Assembly: GCA_905331295.1 (NCBI GenBank)
Contig: CAJNYD010000012.1
Coordinates: forward strand, 186,001-250,000
From: Rotaria socialis
Lineage: Eukaryota
Direction: 5' to 3'
DNA: 64,000 bases
Positions 61,144 through 64,000 of this stretch are shown in pieces; the stretch's first letter is position 1; each line of letters starts with the position of its first letter. A model generated the notes under the pieces. It did no database searches. It was given only the letters and a program-made list of their open reading frames with translations, and was not told the origin of the DNA. Made by a program: the position numbers and the translations under genes.

Positions 61144-61437
61144 CCCAGGTCAATGATTCCGGAGGACGGATACTGTAGGAATCGGCCGGAAAGATGCGGA
61201 AAAATCACCGTATCTGGCCGGAAAGCACGGGAAAGCACTGGAAGTTACCGGATTTTTTTCCTGTGGATTCCGGTCAGTTTCCTGTGTTTTCCGGTCAGTT
61301 TTCTGTGTTTTACATCTGGAAGTTGATCGGAATCTACAGGAAAAAAATCCGGTAACTTCCAACTGGAATACTGCTTCCAGTTTCCAGCGCTTTCCTGTGC
61401 TTTCCCGCCGTTTCCCGCCGTACGTCCACGACCTGGG
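61144..61437. mobile_element. ~295 bp MITE with CCCAGGTC...GACCTGGG ends
   Basis: Perfect 8-bp TIR; GC-rich interior of ccgg/ggaaa/tttcc motifs with inverted pair accggatttttttcctgt / acaggaaaaaaatccggt. Confidence 0.75.
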
Positions 61438-63488
61438 AGGCAATCTTTTAATGGAAGATCTGAAATGATGCACAAGTTTAAGGTGTTTAAAATAAATTAT
61501 TCAGCAGTTTTATATATTTTAGTCGAAATGTTAAACGAGTTTTCAAGGCATTTCTCTCAAAAAAACAACATTTTTTCTACAGTTAGAAAGTTTATTAAAG
61601 AAATTTTTGACAACATAATACGGAATCTTATTACTGACTGTTCGAGACATCTTTATCTGTCTCTTAAAACGATGAAAGCTACAGGTCTCTATCTGTTTTC
61701 TATCAAGATTTATTTTAAAAGAAATTATCCATTTCGCCACTCAAACAGCCATCAGCATAACCTTAGCATATGACACGAAAATAGGCCTTATCGGAAAATC
61801 ATAGTTATCATAGAACTTGAAGAATTATGTTATAAAACAGTGAAAATATCTCAACTACTAGTTTTAGATAATTCAAAGTGCATTCAGGAATCCATTAGTC
61901 AATGATGTTACAAATGATTGAGAACGCTTGCAAAAATAAAATAATCACCGTAGCACGTATCAACGATGGATTAATTATTATCGATACCAGATGCTAACTA
62001 TGAAAAGAAGCAATTATTATAACTGATGAATACATTTTTATTTTGAATCAACTATTTTTCCTTAGTAGAGACGACATATTTACACCATGTAAAGATCAAG
62101 CAATACGGTATGTGTAAACCAGCATTCATAGTTGATTTATGTCAAATAGACAGATTAAAAGGGTATGCCAGCTGTTTACGCATTATGTATTAACCGCAAA
62201 CATCCCTATGTGACAAAATTAACGTGAGAATACAAATGTTAGTAGCTATCTATCGATGTTTTTCTGTTTATTATACCAAAAACTCCAAGCTGAAAATAGA
62301 ACAACAACGAAAGATAATTGTACAGATAATAGAAGTTTTCATTTAAATTATAATAATCTTTGAAATCTTAATTATTAAATAACTATTTTAGATCGTTCAG
62401 CATTTATTTTCGTTTAAATACTTTTCGACTGATAAATAATTTTGTTACTAAGTTATTTTCAATATGACTCGCTCTCTCCCTGAATAATTTCTCTTCTAGA
62501 AAACAAGGCAAATACAGATAAGAACATTATACATAAGTGAGCACAGAATGTAGGCTAAAGATTTCCATGTACTAGTATATTATTTACTTTCGAGCCATCT
62601 CTTTCCGTCGATTTATCTATCTTCACTGTATTACCAACATATGCTAATTAGATAACTGACAGACATAAATGAATGAAAAGAGTTTGTCTTTAACAACATA
62701 GAAATAAACGTACTGTCACTCTTAAAATACCTCTATGAAAAATGAGTTGTCAATCGAAAATATACCTAATCAGTTGAGATTACTTATATCTACGTTTTTT
62801 TTTTTGAATGATTTTATTATAAAATATATTTCGAATTATATCGATTGAAAATGTACTACTTTAAATATCAATATAAAAGAAAACATACAATAAATGTAGG
62901 ACTTTTTGTGGAATACTATCGATATTTCATTTATAGTTGAACTATACAATCGACGAATGGAATACCCGTACGTGAAAAAAATTCACATCTCCACAGAAAC
63001 ACTCATCCGATCAAATGTATATAAATAATTTGATAATCTATTTTTCTTTTTAAAATGTTTTCTTCTTGTGGAATAAGATTCTCTAACAAATATTTCCTTT
63101 TTAACACCTCTGTCATCATACATATTTCATTAATAAGTAGATAAACAAAGATGTATAATTGATACGTTGGTTAGATTCGTATGACATCAATCTTGATGTA
63201 AATAATCATATGATTGATTATAAGAAAATAATTATTAGTTAGATATGAATATCGGCAAGATAGTTTGGAGGCGAAACCAAGCTGATTCGCTCTTGTCTGG
63301 TTCGACAGCTGTTTATTGATATGTTTGGTGTGAATGGCATTTGGCTCAATTTCAAAGAGTATCAATAAGAAAAATTGCCTGTTTCTTTGTTTTTATACAT
63401 GATCAAAAGTTACCAATGAAGATAACAAAACAAAAAACAAGAAAAATACACTGAAAGAAATTGAATCTCATAGATCATTCTAAAATAA

Positions 63489-64000
63489 TTATCTGTTGAA
63501 AATTTTTTCTTTTTGTTTACCATCCATTGGAATATCTATGTTAGTAATTAGTGCTTGTTTTACGTCTTGATCGTTTTCTTTTGTTAGATTATGATTATTT
63601 TCATTAATTTCAGTATGGAACTCAGTTGTATGCGGAATATACACCAATGATGATAATGGAGTTTTTCGTTCATAACATCCTGGATCATATAATGGTTCAT
63701 CGTTGGCCGGTGGTGGATTGGATGAATCTTTTAGTATACTTAAACGACGTATATTATAATCTGCATTTGATAAATTTGATGCAGAATGTGATGGAATCGA
63801 TACAATCGAGCCATTTTTTTTTGCACGATCAATCGCTTCTTTACGCTTTAAAGCCTTTTCACGACGTAGCTGTTCTTTATAATATTCAGCAAAATTATTA
63901 ACGATAATTGGGATTGGTAAAGCAATAACAAGCACGCCGCAAACACAACATACGGCGCCAATTAGTTTACCCCACACCGATTTCGGATAGATATCACCAT
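63489..64000 (-). CDS. Shab: Voltage-gated K+ channel, Kv2/Shab (KCNB) family; pore exit, S6 and C-terminus only, 5' part beyond the right edge
   Basis: [67 protein letters not shown]; the PIP S6 hinge and following sequence are Kv2-specific. Confidence 0.95.
   Translation of the reverse strand, partial: GDIYPKSVWGKLIGAVCCVCGVLVIALPIPIIVNNFAEYYKEQLRREKALKRKEAIDRAKKNGSIVSIPSHSASNLSNADYNIRRLSILKDSSNPPPANDEPLYDPGCYERKTPLSSLVYIPHTTEFHTEINENNHNLTKENDQDVKQALITNIDIPMDGKQKEKIFNR

Overview
AT-rich eukaryotic genomic DNA with short GT-AG introns (many ~55-60 nt). Composition, intron size and codon usage suggest a bdelloid-rotifer-like animal; this is inference. Left part: Rho-associated kinase (-, runs off the window), an ODAD4/TTC25-like TPR gene (-), an unknown coiled-coil gene, a single-pass Ig-domain gene and a class A peptide GPCR (+). 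After a 100-N gap comes the main feature, an intact 15-exon gene of ~5,830 aa (22719-42647, +) with an RNF213/mysterin-type multi-AAA+ core. It has no RING finger, a short HYDCGC motif where the RZ finger normally sits, a GOLD-like domain in the N-terminal arm, a ~240-aa insertion in an active AAA module and a C-terminal array of apparent ubiquitin-like folds. Downstream is a ~15.5 kb interrupted inverted duplication (43627-59116) containing a decayed unidentified gene and a Ser/Thr-rich secreted gene cut at a repeat junction. Several non-autonomous DNA transposons occur across the window, and the 3' end of a Kv2/Shab channel gene (-) lies at the right edge. All exon models and family calls were made by eye, without database searches.
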